Part shown: positions 50,841-63,600 of the stretch, piece after piece | Layout: each line of letters begins with the position of its first letter | How positions within the stretch are numbered: the first letter of the stretch is position 1 | NCBI GenBank assembly: GCA_036785375.1 | Contig: JAWMAR010000531.1 | Coordinates: forward strand, 930,001-994,000 | Direction: 5' to 3' | Source of the DNA: Leucoraja ocellata | Lineage: Eukaryota | Length of the DNA stretch: 64,000 nt | Translations under genes and position numbers: made by a program | The notes under the pieces: model-generated | Databases searched by the model: none | Seen by the model: only the letters and a program-made list of their open reading frames with translations | What the model was told of the DNA's origin: nothing

Positions 50841-51230
50841 ATAGAAACATAGAAACATAGAAACTTAGAAAATAGGTGCAGGAGTAGGCCATTCGGCCCT
50901 TCGAGCCTGCACCGCTATTCAATATGATCATGGCTGATCATCGAACTCAGTATCCTGCACCAGCCTTCTCCCCATACCCCCTGATCCCTTTGGCCACAAG
51001 GGCCACATCTAACTCCCTCTTACATATAGCCAATGAACTGGCCTCAACTACCTTCTGTGGCAGAGAATTTCAGAGATTCCAGAGATGTGTGAAACATGTT
51101 TTCCTCATCTCGGTCCCAAAAGATTTCCCCCCCTTTCCTTAAACTGTGACCCCATGTCCTGGACCTTCCCAACGTTGGGAACCATCTTCCTGCATCTAGC
51201 CTGTCCAACCCCCTAAGAATTTTGTAAGTT
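50841..51230 (-). mobile_element. CR1-like LINE 3' end; paralog 62189-62580
   Basis: (atagaaac)n tail; ETYKILRGLDRLDAGR. Confidence 0.88.
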
Positions 51231-52789
51231 TCAGCCATGACCTCATTATGTGTCTTATCTTTTCTAAATGATCCGGATTGTATGCATTTTTGGCTGATTC
51301 GAATAAATGGTCACATATCTGCAATTGCTCACCTGCTGGTTAGTTATTTTGGAAATTCGTCTAAATCTGTAAATACTGAGCCTACTTTCACTCGGAAAAA
51401 ATGGTCAATTAAAACGCCTTGACTATGCCCCTCATTCAAATCACCATTACACCTTCCCTCTTCAAAGGGACCAATTCCGGTTATTCCCAGGCTGCCATTA
51501 TCATGCCCATTTTCTTCCCAATTTCTTCTGCGGCTTGTAATGAAGGAGCCAAAAACAAAGATTTGAGTCTTCCCGGCCTTGCCTTTTCCTTCCGTTCCCG
51601 TAGTGCCCTGGTTATCCATTGTGAGCTCCACCTTTCCCTGGTCATCGATATCGGTTCTCATTTGTTCTGAATCTTTTCATAGAGACATAGAAACATAGAA
51701 AGTAGGTGCAGAAGGAGGCCATTCGGCCGTTCGAGCCAGCACCGCCATTCAATGAGATCATGGCTGATCGTCCCCACTCAATAACCCGTGCCTGCCTTCT
51801 GCCCATATCCCTTGATTCCACTAGCCTCTAGAGCTCTAACTCTCTCTTAAATCCATCCACTGATTTGGCCTCCACCGCCCTCTGTGGCAGGTACTGACCC
51901 AAAAGGCCGCATTTTCTCCTGTCTCGTAATGTCATTACAATATTTTACCGTTGCCTTTCGAAGATGTCTATGTGTGAGCGCCAGGACCGGCGAGAAAATC
52001 ATGCACTTACACTCATGCCATGTATAAATGCTGTCGGCCTCTCTCGCTCATCATCCGCGTGAATGCTGTTAAACACGATGTCAGTGTCATAACTTCAGAT
52101 CTATCCATGATGGCCCACAATGTCTGTGCGAACCTAATGCCAATGTCATCTGCCTGCCATGTATAATGTCTATATCCCTCCATTCCCTATCTGTTCACGT
52201 GTTTGCCTAAATGCCTCTTGAACCTTGCTGGGTATCTACTTACACCGCTTCTTCTAGCAAAGCGTTGCACACTTTCTGTTTAAAAAATACATGCAAAGTG
52301 TGCCCCCTTCAAACGTCCCCTCGCCTACTTTAATAAACTATATTATGTAATACTTCGGCCCTGGACTCCTAAGTAAAGCGACTTATCTTCACTAAGGGTA
52401 TTAGAGCAATAGATAGGGATGGGAAATCGATGCAGTGTCTGGCCAACAATACATTAATCCCCAAAATAAATCAATGGATAGGGATTCAATAAACCGACAA
52501 TGTCAGTTAACGTGTAGGAAGGAACTGCAGATGCGGGTTTAAATCGAAGATCGATACAAAATGCTCGAGTAACGCAGCGGGACAGGAAACGTCCCTAGAT
52601 AGAAGGAATGTGTGACGTTTCGGGTCTGAGGCAGGGTCTCGACCGGAAAGGTCACAAATTCCTTCTGTCCAGAGATGTTGCCTGTCCCGCTGAGTCACTC
52701 CATCATGTTGTATCTAATGTTGGTTAAGGTCTGTTTCGTTTCAGAGAGCTCGAAAAAATGCTGAAAATGCTGAAACCTCCAGGGTGGTT

Positions 52790-53020
52790 ATCTTCGGTTT
52801 GCTTCCAGTTCCTCATGCTGGCGAGAGCAGGAACAGGGAGATACGGGACCTGAATGTATGGCTGAGGAACTGGTGCAGGGGCAGGGATTTAGATTCTTAG
52901 ACCACTGAGATGTGTTTTGGAATAAGGGGGAACTGTACAAAAGGGACGGATTGCACTTTAAAAGACGGGGGACCAGCATTCTGGCAGTCAGGTTTGCCAC
53001 TGCTGAACAGGTGGTTTTAA
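52790..53020 (+). mobile_element. CR1-like LINE ORF1 fragment (SGNH esterase-like)
   Basis: Reads QGFRFLDH*DVFWNKGELYKRDGLHF; DGLH motif of CR1 ORF1. Confidence 0.7.
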
Positions 53021-53048
53021 TTTAAACTAGACCAAGTACAGACCCGTT

Positions 53049-54200
53049 GGGGGGGGGGGGGGGGGGAGTATTTTATTTAAAATGTGTACATGAGAAGAGG
53101 GGAGGGAGGGGAGGGAGGGGAGAGGGGGAGGAGGAAACGGGAGAGATTTGGGAGGGAGAGCAGAGCGCGGTAGGGGGCGAAAGAGGGGGATGGGAAGGGG
53201 GAGGAGAGTGGGGAGTGGGAGGAGAGCGGGGAGGTCAGGACGGGGGGAGGTAGGGGGTGGGAGAGGGATAGCGGGGATTGGTGCAAGAGAGAGGGGGTGG
53301 GGGGAGATGGGGGTGAAGAGAAGTGAGGAAGTGGTGGGAGGGGAGGAGAGAGAGGGTGAGGATAGAGGGGGGAAGGGGAAGAGGAGAGTGGGGTGGGGGA
53401 GGGGATGAGAGAGGGGTGGGGGAGGGGGAGAGAGGGGTGGGGAAGGGGAGAGAGGGAGGAGGAGGGAGGAGGGGAGGAGGGAGGGGAAGGAGGTGGGAGA
53501 GGGGGAAGAGTGTGGAGGGAGGGGGAGAGTGGTAGGGGGCGGGGGAACTGTGGAATGGGAGGGGGAGAGGGGTAGAGGGGAGAGATGGGGAATAGTGGTG
53601 AGGGAGGGGGAGGATAAGAGGGCGGAAAAGAGGCAGAGGGGTAGGGGGAGTGGTGGAAGAGGCAGAGGTGGGTAGGGGGGAGAGGTGGGGGGAGAGAGGG
53701 TGGGGGTTGGCGTTGGAGGGGAGGAGGGAGAGGGGTGAGGAGAGAGGGAGAGGGGAGAAAGGGGGAAAGGGAGGTGGAGAGGGGTGTGGGAGGGGGTGAG
53801 AGAGGGTGGGGAGGAGAGGGGGAAGATGATGGGGAGGCGGAGAGAGGAGAGATGGAGGGGAGGATGGATGGGAGGGAGGAGGGAGAGCGGAAGAGTGTGG
53901 AAGGAGGGGGAGAGAGGTAGGGGGTAGAGAGGGGGGAAAGTGTGGAGGGAGGGGGAGAGCGGAGAGATGGGAAAGAGTGGGGAGGGAGAGAGAAGGGAGG
54001 GGGGAGAAAGAGGGGTGGGGGAGGGAGATGGGGAGGAGTGGGGGATGGGGGTTGGTGGAGATAAGTGTAAGACTGGGGAGGGAGGGGAGGAGGGAGATGG
54101 GGTAGGGGAGGGAGGGGGAGTATGGAGTGAGGGGGAGAGGGTTGGGGGGAGAGAGGGGAAATAGTGGGGACGGAGAGTGGAAGGGGGAGGGGTAGGGAAG
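53049..54200 (+). repeat. 1.1-kb G/A-rich low-complexity tract
   Basis: Almost only G and A on the + strand with dozens of G3-G6 runs. Confidence 0.95.
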
Positions 54201-54559
54201 TCCATCTGTTCCCCATTCCCTATCACCCCCAATCCTCTTTCTCTATTCCCACACACGTGATGACGCGCTTCGACACTAGCTGCGGGGGTGGGGGGAGGGG
54301 CTGGGGCTGGGGCTGCTGCAAAGGCATATGTAACTTGATCCATTCCGATTGGACATCTGTGAGCATTGGGCATTGTGACATCACGTTCAACAACATTCTA
54401 TGGGTGAGAGCCGTTTTTTTTTTAATTTGGTTGGAGGAGAGAAGGATTTTATTAAAAATGTGTACATAAACACGACGAAATTTATGGAGTGGATACTTGG
54501 AATGAAAAGTGAAATCTCTACCGAAATGGAAAAAATCTGGGCGCACTGGTGATCACTTT

Positions 54560-55805
54560 CCAATGTTCAATAGATTAAGGATCAGTTCCTATGGATTAGA
54601 GGATAGCTAATGTTATCCCACTTTTCAAGAAAGGAGTGAGAGAGAAAACGGGGAATTACAGACCAGTTAGCCTGACTTCGGTGGTGGACAGATGCTGGAG
54701 TCAATTATTAAATATGTAATAATGGGGCATTTGGATAGCAGTAAAAGGATTAGTCCAAGTCAACATGGATTTATTAAAGGGAAATCATGCTTGACTAATC
54801 TTCTGGAATTTTTTGAGGATATGACAAGTAAAATGGATGAAAGGGAGCCAGTGGGTTTAGTATATCTAGACATTCACAAAGCCTTTGATAATGCCACAAA
54901 GTTGGGTGGCAGTGTGAACTGTGAAGAGGATGTTAGGTGGTTGCAGGGTGACCTGGACAGGTTGAGTGAGTGGGCAGATGCGTGGCAGATGCAGTATAAT
55001 ATAGATAAATGTGAGGTTAACCACTTTGGCGGCAACAACAAGGGAGAAGATTATTATCTCAGTGGGGTTAGGTTAGGTAACGGGGAGGTGCAGCGAGACC
55101 TGGGCGTCTTTGTACACCAGTCACTGAAAGTTGGCGTGCAGGTGCAGCAGGCAGTGAAGAAAGCTAATGTTGGCCTTCATAACAAGAGGATTTCAGTATA
55201 GGAGTAAAGAGGTTCTACTGCAGTTGTATAGGGTTCTGGTAAGGCCACATCTGGAGTATTGCGTACAGTTTTGATCTCCTAATCTGAGGAAGGACATCCT
55301 TGTGATTGAAGCAATGCAGCATAGGTTCAAGAGATTGATCCCTGGTATGGCGAGACTGTCCTATGACGAAAGATTGAGAAGACTAGGCTTGTATTCGCTG
55401 GAGTTTAGAAGGATGAGGGGTATCTTATAGAAACACTTTAAATTATAAAAGGACTGCACAAGCTAGATGCAGGAAAAATGTTCCCAATGCTGGGCGAGTC
55501 CAGAACCAGGGCCACAGTCTTGGAGGCCATTTAAGACCGAGGTGAGAAAAAAAGTTTTCACCCAGAGAGTTGTGAATTTGTGGAATTCCCTGCCACAGAG
55601 TGCAGTGGAGGCCACATCACTGGATGGATTTAAGAGAGAGTTAGGTAGAGCTCTAGAGGCTAGTGGAATCAAGGGATATGGGGAGAAGGCAGGCACGTGT
55701 TATTGATTGGGGACGATCAGCTATGATCGCAATGAATGGCGGTGCTGACTCGAAGGGCCGAATGGCCTCCTTCTGCACCTATTTTCTATGTTTCTATGTT
55801 TCTAT
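54560..55805 (+). mobile_element. CR1-like LINE ORF2, internally deleted, with 3' tail
   Basis: SQHGFIKGKSCLTNLLEFFE..KAFD joined to TKLGG..LQGDLDRL; ctatgttt tail. Confidence 0.92.
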
Positions 55806-56069
55806 GAAAAGATTCATAACAAATGAGACCCGAAATCGACGATCAGGGAAAGGTGGAGCTCACAATGAACAACCAGGACACGGGGGAATCGGGAGAAAAA
55901 GGCAAGGCGGGAAGATTCAAATGTCTGCTGTTGGCTCCGTCAGAAAAATTACAAGCCGCAGAAGAAATTGCGAAGAAATTTGGCATGATCATGGCAGCTC
56001 GAAAGTAATCGGAATTGGTTCCTTTGAACAGGGAAGGTATAATGGCGATTTGAATGAGGGACATAGTCC

Positions 56070-57260
56070 GCTCACCCAACCTATATCCAAGTCACCCTAC
56101 AACCCCATACCACCTTCCTCACACCTCACACTGTCACCCAGCTTTGTGTCATCCGCAAACTTGGAAATGTTACTTTTAATTCCCTAATCTAGATCGTTAA
56201 TATACATTGTAAATAACTGGAGATCCAGCACTGAGCCTTGCGACACCCCACTAGTCACTGCCCCACTAGTCACTGCCATTCTGAAAAGGACCCATTAATT
56301 CCTTTTCTTTGCTTCCTGCCAGCCAACCAGTTCCTTATCCATGTCAATACCCTACTCCCAATACCATGTGCTCTAATCTTTCACACTCATCTCTTGTGTG
56401 GGACCTTATCGAAGGATTTTTGAAAGTACAGATACAAACGTGGGAGGTTTTGCAGATAGTGGAGATGGTTTTGAAAAAGTGCAGCAGGAACTGGATCAAT
56501 TGGCCAGGTAGGCTGAGGAATGGTTGATGGAATATAATGCACAGAATGTGAAGTGTTTTATTTTGGGAAGCTTAACATGGGTAGGACCTATGCAGTCGAG
56601 GTAGATCGGGTGGTCAAAAAGGCTTTTGGCACATTGGCCTTCATCAGCCCGTGTAATGAATATAGAGATTGGGAGGTCTTGTTGCAGATGTATAAGACGT
56701 TGGTGACATCACATTTAGATTATTGTGTTCAGTTTGGGCACCATCCTATAGGAAAGATTTCGACAAGCTGGAAAGGGTACAGAGAAGATTTTCGAGGATG
56801 TTGCCGTGACTAGAGGGTTTGAGGTATAGGGAGGAGTTGAATAGGCTGGGACTCTATTCCTTGGAGCGCAAGAAGATGAGAGGAAATCTTATAGAGGTGT
56901 ATAGGGTCGTGAGAGGAATAGATCGGGTAGATGCACAGTCCCTTGTCCAGAGTAGGTGAATCGAGGACCAGGTTTATGGTGACAGGGCAAAGATTCTATA
57001 GGAATCTGAGGGGTAACTTTTTCTCAGAGAGGGTGGTGGGTGTATGGAACAAGCAGCCAGAGGAGGTAGTTGTGCCAGGGACTATCCCAACGTTTAACAA
57101 AACAGTTAGACATGTACATGGATATGACAGATTTGGAGGGATATGGACCCAATACGGGCAGGTGGGACTAGTGTAGATGGGACATGTTGGCCGATGTGGG
57201 AAAGGTGGGCCGAAGGGCCTGTTTCCACTCTCTATGATTCTATGACTCTCTTTGACTCTA
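56070..57260. mobile_element. CR1-like fragments (minus 56070-56430, plus 56430-57260)
   Basis: VVKKAFGTLAFI..LVTSHLDYCVQF; FFSERVVGVWN; ctatgact tail. Confidence 0.8.
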
Positions 57261-58723
57261 TGGGGATCGTGCAGCTTCTGCGGATCGGCGTTTGGGGAGG
57301 TAATAATGAGCAGCCATGAGCCAGTGCAATCTTTCGCGTGTTCACGTTGCAAAGTTTAAAACGTGCAGCAGTGAGAGAAGGATGAGAACGGTGAGAGCAG
57401 GGACCAGTGTAAATAAACATTAGGTAAACGTGCTTATCGTAGTGACATGCCGACGTTCAGAGTGGCTTATGCGCGCAACTACATCTCATTCTGTAGATGG
57501 TACACATTGAAGTCACTTTAGTTTAATTTGGAGATACAGCGCCTAAACAGGCCCTTCTACCCACTGATCAACAGTCCCCGTACATTAACATTATCCTACA
57601 CACTTTAGGGACAATATATAATTTTACCAAGCCAATGAACCTAGCAACCTGTCTTTGTAGTGTGGGAGGAAACCGGAGCTACCTGGGAAATCCCAGGCAG
57701 GTCATGGGGAAAACGTAGTGGTGAAAGGATGAACGGTTAAGTTAATGGATCGCTGACCAGTCATGTTCACTGCTAAACTAATCTAGTTTCATGACACTTT
57801 AAGGACAATCATTCATGGTAATTCTTTATCTCACACGCTATTTCCCGAAAACCGCTCTTCGCGTTTCTCCCTTGTCAGTTTTGCCAGATAGCTGGAGTGC
57901 TGGAGTGCCCGTGTTCTATACAACTTTAATTGAATATGGATGTGCTGTGTGTAGAATTCCTGTCGTCCTGTCGTACTACAAAGTCGAAAGAACTCTGGAA
58001 GTGGTCGGTGAGAGCCAATATGACCCCTTTTACTTCACTCATACATGCATTAATTTGGTACAGGCAACCTTTCAACTTTGAGTCGAGGCAAGTTTCGTGA
58101 ATTACTGCGTATTACAATAGGAGAGTATCACAGACCGCTTTTCCAAGCGCGACACACATCGGGTAGTCTAAGTTGCCTCCAAAACTGCAACTTTACTGAC
58201 ATCTGTAGTGATGTTCTTTCTCCCCAGGTCCTTTCTAAATGATCTGATACACAAGTAGAAGGGCAGCCTGTGGGGTTTATCATTTCTAAAATGACAAAGA
58301 TATCTAAATATAGATTCAATGTGCTTTTTAATAAAACAGTGCTGATGCTGTGACTGTGATCATGTTATGTTCAGCGATACGGAGGTAGACAAAAATGCTG
58401 GAGAAACTCAGCGGGTGAGGGAGCGAAGGAAATCAGCGATACGGATTCAGTTGGTCCGTTTAGATAAAATATTTCTATTCCGTTTTCATTGTTGATTAAA
58501 CAGTTACCGAATATAATATTTAAAACTCACAATCTGTTTAGTGTATATCTGCGGAGTGTTCATACAGAACATTATAGATTGTTTGTTTATAAAGAAGGGA
58601 CAACTGTGACAATCCTTTTCATTCTGCTGGATGTATGAAGCTTTTTAGAAACACAAGTCTCTAAAATAAGACCTGCATGTTTCACAGGGGCGAATATTTT
58701 GAGGAAGAATCTGGCAATTTCTG

Positions 58724-58802
58724 ATTGGCTTCGACGAGCATACCGGTTTGATTGGTTTGGGTAATTAAACACACGGTGACATATCGTCATTCCATTTATA
58801 AA
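58724..58802 (+). promoter_or_regulatory. Cluster 5 promoter: two inverted CCAAT boxes, TATA-like; no octamer
   Basis: ATTGG 58724 and 58751, TAATTAA..GGTGAC, TTTATAAA about 58795. Confidence 0.6.
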
Positions 58803-58878
58803 GAGGGCCAGAGAGCAAGATTACACGCCACTTGTCCTGGAAACTGCCGCCCCATCGGAGCTCAGTCGGTTAATGAAC

Positions 58879-58927
58879 ATGTCTTATTGGATCCGTGTGG
58901 TCGGTGCGTTGGTGTTTTGCGCAGTTT
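58879..58927 (+). CDS. IGL: Ig light chain cluster 5, leader exon
   Basis: MSYWIRVVGALVFCAV; GTGAGT at 58928. Confidence 0.88.
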
Positions 58928-59048
58928 GTGAGTATTTTACTTTCCTGGATATTATATGTATTTCTGTTCACCATTAATTTGGGATTATCTCCCACACTTC
59001 AACAAACTTAATATTTTCTCTTTTTTTCTGATATTTCTCCTATCTCAG

Positions 59049-59384
59049 ACATAAGCGCGGCTGTTACAGTAACTCAGCCGCCTTCGATGTCCACCTCTAC
59101 GGGACAGAACATTCAAATACCCTGCACCATATCGGGTTCGGGCGCTAACTATGTCTCGTGGTACCAACAGATTCCTGGCAAAACTCCCAAGTATCTATTC
59201 TACTATGAATCCGGCAGCATTTATAAAGGCACGGACATTCCAGACCGTTATTCCATCTCGGTGTCAGGCAACTCTGTAACATTCGCAATATCTAGCGTTC
59301 AATCGGTGGATGCTGCTGACTATTACTGTGCCAAAGATTATAATGGTTTACATTTCGGTAAAGGAACGAGGCTGCGTATTGGCG
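59049..59384 (+). CDS. IGLV: Ig light chain cluster 5, germline-joined VJ exon (second V family), intact
   Basis: AAVTVTQPPS..C..WYQQIPG..DYYC AKDYNGLH FGKGTRL; 336 nt in frame; GTAAGT at 59385. Confidence 0.94.
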
Positions 59385-60369
59385 GTAAGTAAAATATGTT
59401 CATCGGACAGCGCGCTGTTTTCTTTTCATTTTAATTCAGATATTGCTTGATGTAATGTCCTGAGTTCACATGATAGGTGATTGGGCCAGTTGTATTTCAG
59501 TGCAGATGGTGCGATCTTGCTGTACAGATGTTCCGAGTTCACTTGGACATAACTCAGTGAAATGACTAGGAAAGCGAGCTAATGCTTTGTCTTGAGCTTC
59601 GTTCAATAAATTGCGGAAATATTTGTCCAGATATGAAAGGAAATTGCTTGGGTAACGGGGTTCACCAACGTCAATATTCAACACTGTCAAAAATCCGGTT
59701 GACGGGTTGAACAAGGATATCAAAATGCCAAATGCGAAAGGAGAAAGTTTCGCACATTTCCTTCAGAAATTGTGTTTAATACGTAGAGCAGCTTTTCGTG
59801 GACGCAGCCGTGTATTTCAAATTTAAATGAACATTCGAACTACAATGTAATTCTTGCTTGTGAACTATATCTGCGAATCGGTGACCGTGGCCTTCGAAGA
59901 CTAGTTTCCATATATTTTTGCCGAACATAAATAGCGTCACCCTCCATCTCAATGGTGCCGACAATTAAATAAGTTTAAATCTGTTATTATAAATGTCGCG
60001 ACCGCGAATCGTTTATATCTGCTGATATATTTAAATAAATGTAAATCCGGAAATGTGTAGTAAAATGAACATTATAAAAGTTATAATAATGTATTCAGTT
60101 TTATAAAATACTGCAGCCATGATCTATCACAGATGGTTTCCCGGTGTTTATACAGAGGGTAGACAGGATCTATTTTAGTTGCTTTCACGCACTTTATTTA
60201 TTGTTCACCCAATTACAATAAACACACTATAATGGTTTGAAATAGGTCGAGAATAAAACGACATTTCTATAAATGAATAAATGAGTGCTTTAATGAGATG
60301 TATTTTCGGTAAATAATGATATCTCAACGACAGCATTTCTCCAATTAAATGTGACTTCTTATTAAACAG

Positions 60370-60692
60370 ATCCTCGGGCACCGATCGTGACGGTCCTGCC
60401 GCCTTCAGCCGATGAAGTTACCTCAAAGGGCACCGCCACCCTGGTGTGTTTGGTGAACGGCTTTAATCCGGGCTCGGTCGCCGTTGAGTGGACAGTCGAC
60501 GGCAGTGCAAGAAATAGCGACGTTGAGACCAGCCCGATCCAGCAGGATAAGGACAACACGTTCAGTCTCAGCAGTTACCTGACTCTGACAGCCTCAGACT
60601 GGAACTTACACGACCTTTACTCCTGTGTGGTTAAACACCAGGCTCAGGCAAACCCACTTAAGACAAATATCGAGAGATCCAGCTGTATCTGA
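60370..60692 (+). CDS. IGLC: Ig light chain cluster 5, constant exon
   Basis: DPRAPIVTVLPPS...ERSSCI*; AATAAA at 60961. Confidence 0.95.
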
Positions 60693-63600
60693 TGTTGGAA
60701 ACGTGAGGCTGACCTGACTATGTTAGTTTATCATCATTGGGTTCGTCCATGTGACAAAGTTAGTAATAATGTATTGGACTTTGGTGTTTTCGTTCAAAAA
60801 TACCACTTGTAGTTGAAACTTCGATTTTTATGACTTGTTCACTTTAAATTTAGTTCTTTCGAAAGAATGTCGTTCTGGAATGAAGCATCAAGTAGATTCA
60901 ATTGCGTTATCCAATAGCATGGATGTTGTTATTGTACCCATGGTATCTTTGTAGCCGTTGAATAAAGTTTAAAAAACGCATTTCAAATGCATTGTTGATT
61001 CCCTTTGGTTTATTTCTGACCCGAACCATGATGGCTTAACACGGGTTGCGTTGTCTCGCAGATTTGAGCTAGCAACACTGATTTTCTTTCTCTATTTCGA
61101 TCACTAATTACAATCGTACAACAGTCGTGGGCCACTCGTCCATTTATACCACGCGTTCTACAGCGCTTTGTCAGTTCTTGTGCAACATGATTCAGACAAA
61201 GAACCGTATAAACCAAGCAGGGCAAACGTGGTCTTAAACCCCAAAATATCACAGAAATAAACAGAAAATACTATTAATACTCAGTAAGTCGGGCGGTATG
61301 TGGGAAGTGAGAAATAGATTAGACGTTTCAGGCTGTTTAAAAAAAATCAAAAACGTCCCTACCAGCCACGTGCGTTCAGGGTTTGTTAAATATGTCTTTG
61401 TTCACAAGGTGTACCGCTACATAATTAAATAAAATTCGTGGCCATACGTGGAAATCTGGAAATTTGGAAACGCCATAAACTCCTTCATCACAGAAGGCCG
61501 TGACCTTCACACTAATCGGTGACGGGGTTTGCATTTAAATATTTTCAAACATTACTCCTTATTTCTTCTTTATTTCTTCTGATTGTCAGCTTTAAAGACA
61601 CGGGGTGATTATTGGCGTTAGCGGAACTGCCACTGAGTTTGTATGTGGCGTGCACGTGTCTCACGGTGGTATTACACTGGAACTGGGCAACAACACTCTC
61701 AATAAAGCAAGATAATATCTACAGAAAGATGCGATGAATGCACGGCAGCTTCATATAGACACGTGCAGAAAGAGAGAGGGGGGGGGGGGGGGGGTGAGAA
61801 TAGGACGGGGGCGGGGTTGATAGCGAACAATGAGGGAACTATATGCTATAGTTAGAGGACAATCAGTCACGGACAAACCCCTGACCTCTGTCACAAATCG
61901 CTTTTCACTTATTCCAAGCTTTATTCCCAATTATTTTCACGTTACATGAGCAACCTGGGCTTGAGTCTGAAAGAATGGGAAGGAGTTGCAGATGCTGGTT
62001 TAAAGCAAAGATAGACACAAAGATCTGGAGTAAATCAGCGGGTCAGAAAGCATCTCTGGAGAAAAGGAATCGGTGACGTTTTGGGGCGAGACCCTTCTTC
62101 AGACTGTTTGAAGAAAGGTCTCGATCCGAAATGTCACCTATTCATTTTTTCCAGAGATGCTGTCTGACCCGTTAATTTACTCCAGCTTTATAGAAACATA
62201 GAAACATAGAAACTTAGAAAATAGGTGCAGGGGTAGGCCATTCGGCCCTTCGAGCCTGCACCGCTATTCAATATGATCATGGCTGCTCATCCAACTCAGT
62301 ATCCTGCACCAGCCTTCTCTCCATACCCCCTGATCCCTTTAGCCACAAGGGCCACATCTAACTCCCTCTTACATATAGCCAATGAACTGGCCTCAACTAC
62401 CTTCTGTGGCAGAGAATTTCAGAGATTCCAGAGATGTGTGAAAACATGTTTTCCTCATCTCAGTCCCAAAAGATTTCCCCCCCCTTTCCTTAAACTGTGT
62501 CCCCCTGTGCTGGACCTCCCAAACGTCGGGAACAATCTTCCTGCATCTAGCCTGTCCAACCCCCTAAGAATGTTGTAAGTTTCAGCCATGATCTCATTAT
62601 GTGTCTTATCTTTTCTAAATGATCCGGATTGTATGCATTTTTGGCTGATTCGAATAAATGGTCACATATCTGCAATTGCTCATCTCATGGTTAGTTATTT
62701 TGGAAATTCCTCTAAATCTGTAAATACTGAGCCTACTTTCACTCGAAAAAATGGTCAATTAAAACGCCTTGACTATGCCCCTCATTCAAATCACCATTAT
62801 ACCTTCCCTGTTCAAAGGGACCAATTCCGGTTATTCTCGAGCTGCCATTATCATGCCCATTTTCTTCCCAATTTCTTCTGCGGCTTGTAATGAAGGAGCC
62901 AAAAACAAAGATTTGAGTGTTCCCGGCCTTGCCTTTTCCTTCCGTTCCCGTAGTGTCCTGGTTATCCATTGTGAGCTCCACCTTTCCCTGGTCATCGATA
63001 TCGGGTCTCATTTGTTCTGAATCTTTTCATAGAGACATAGAAACATAGAAAGTAGGCGCAGAAGGAGGCCATTCGGCCCTTCGAGCCAGCACCGCCATTC
63101 AATGAGATCATGGCTGATCGTCCCCAATCAATAACCCGTGCCTGCCTTCTGCCCATATCCCTTGATTCCACTAGCCTCTAGAGCTCTAACTCTCTCTTAA
63201 ATCCATCCAGTGATTTGGCCTCCACTGCCCTCTGTGGCAGGTACTGACCCAAAAGGCCGCATTTTCTCCTGTCTCGTAATGTCATTACAATATTTTACCG
63301 TTGCCTTTCGAAGATGTGTATGTGTGAGCGCCAGGACCGGCGAGAAAATCATGAACTTACACTCATGCCATGTATAAATGCTGTCGGCCCTCTCTCGCTC
63401 ATCATCCGCGTGAATGCTGTTAAACACGATGTCAGTGTCATAACTTCAGATCTATCCACGATGGCCCACAATGTCTGTGCGAACCTAATGCCAATGTCAT
63501 CTGCCTGCCATATATAATGTCTATATCCCTCCATTCCCTATCTGTTCACGTGTTTGCCTAAATGCCTCTTGAACCTTGCTGGGTATCTACTTACACCGCT

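Larger units (their letters stand above)
45458..52650 (+). repeat. Segmental duplication copy C (contains cluster 4); paralog 56921-64000
   Basis: Collinear high identity from about 46576/58049 to 52649/64000, plus a shared CR1 piece at 45458/56921. Confidence 0.9.

Noticed and set aside
53027-54373. 448-aa and 379-aa Pro/Ser/Leu-rich ORFs and the Gly/Glu-rich ORFs opposite
   Set aside because: By-product of the stop-poor G/A tract; open in several frames, no domain
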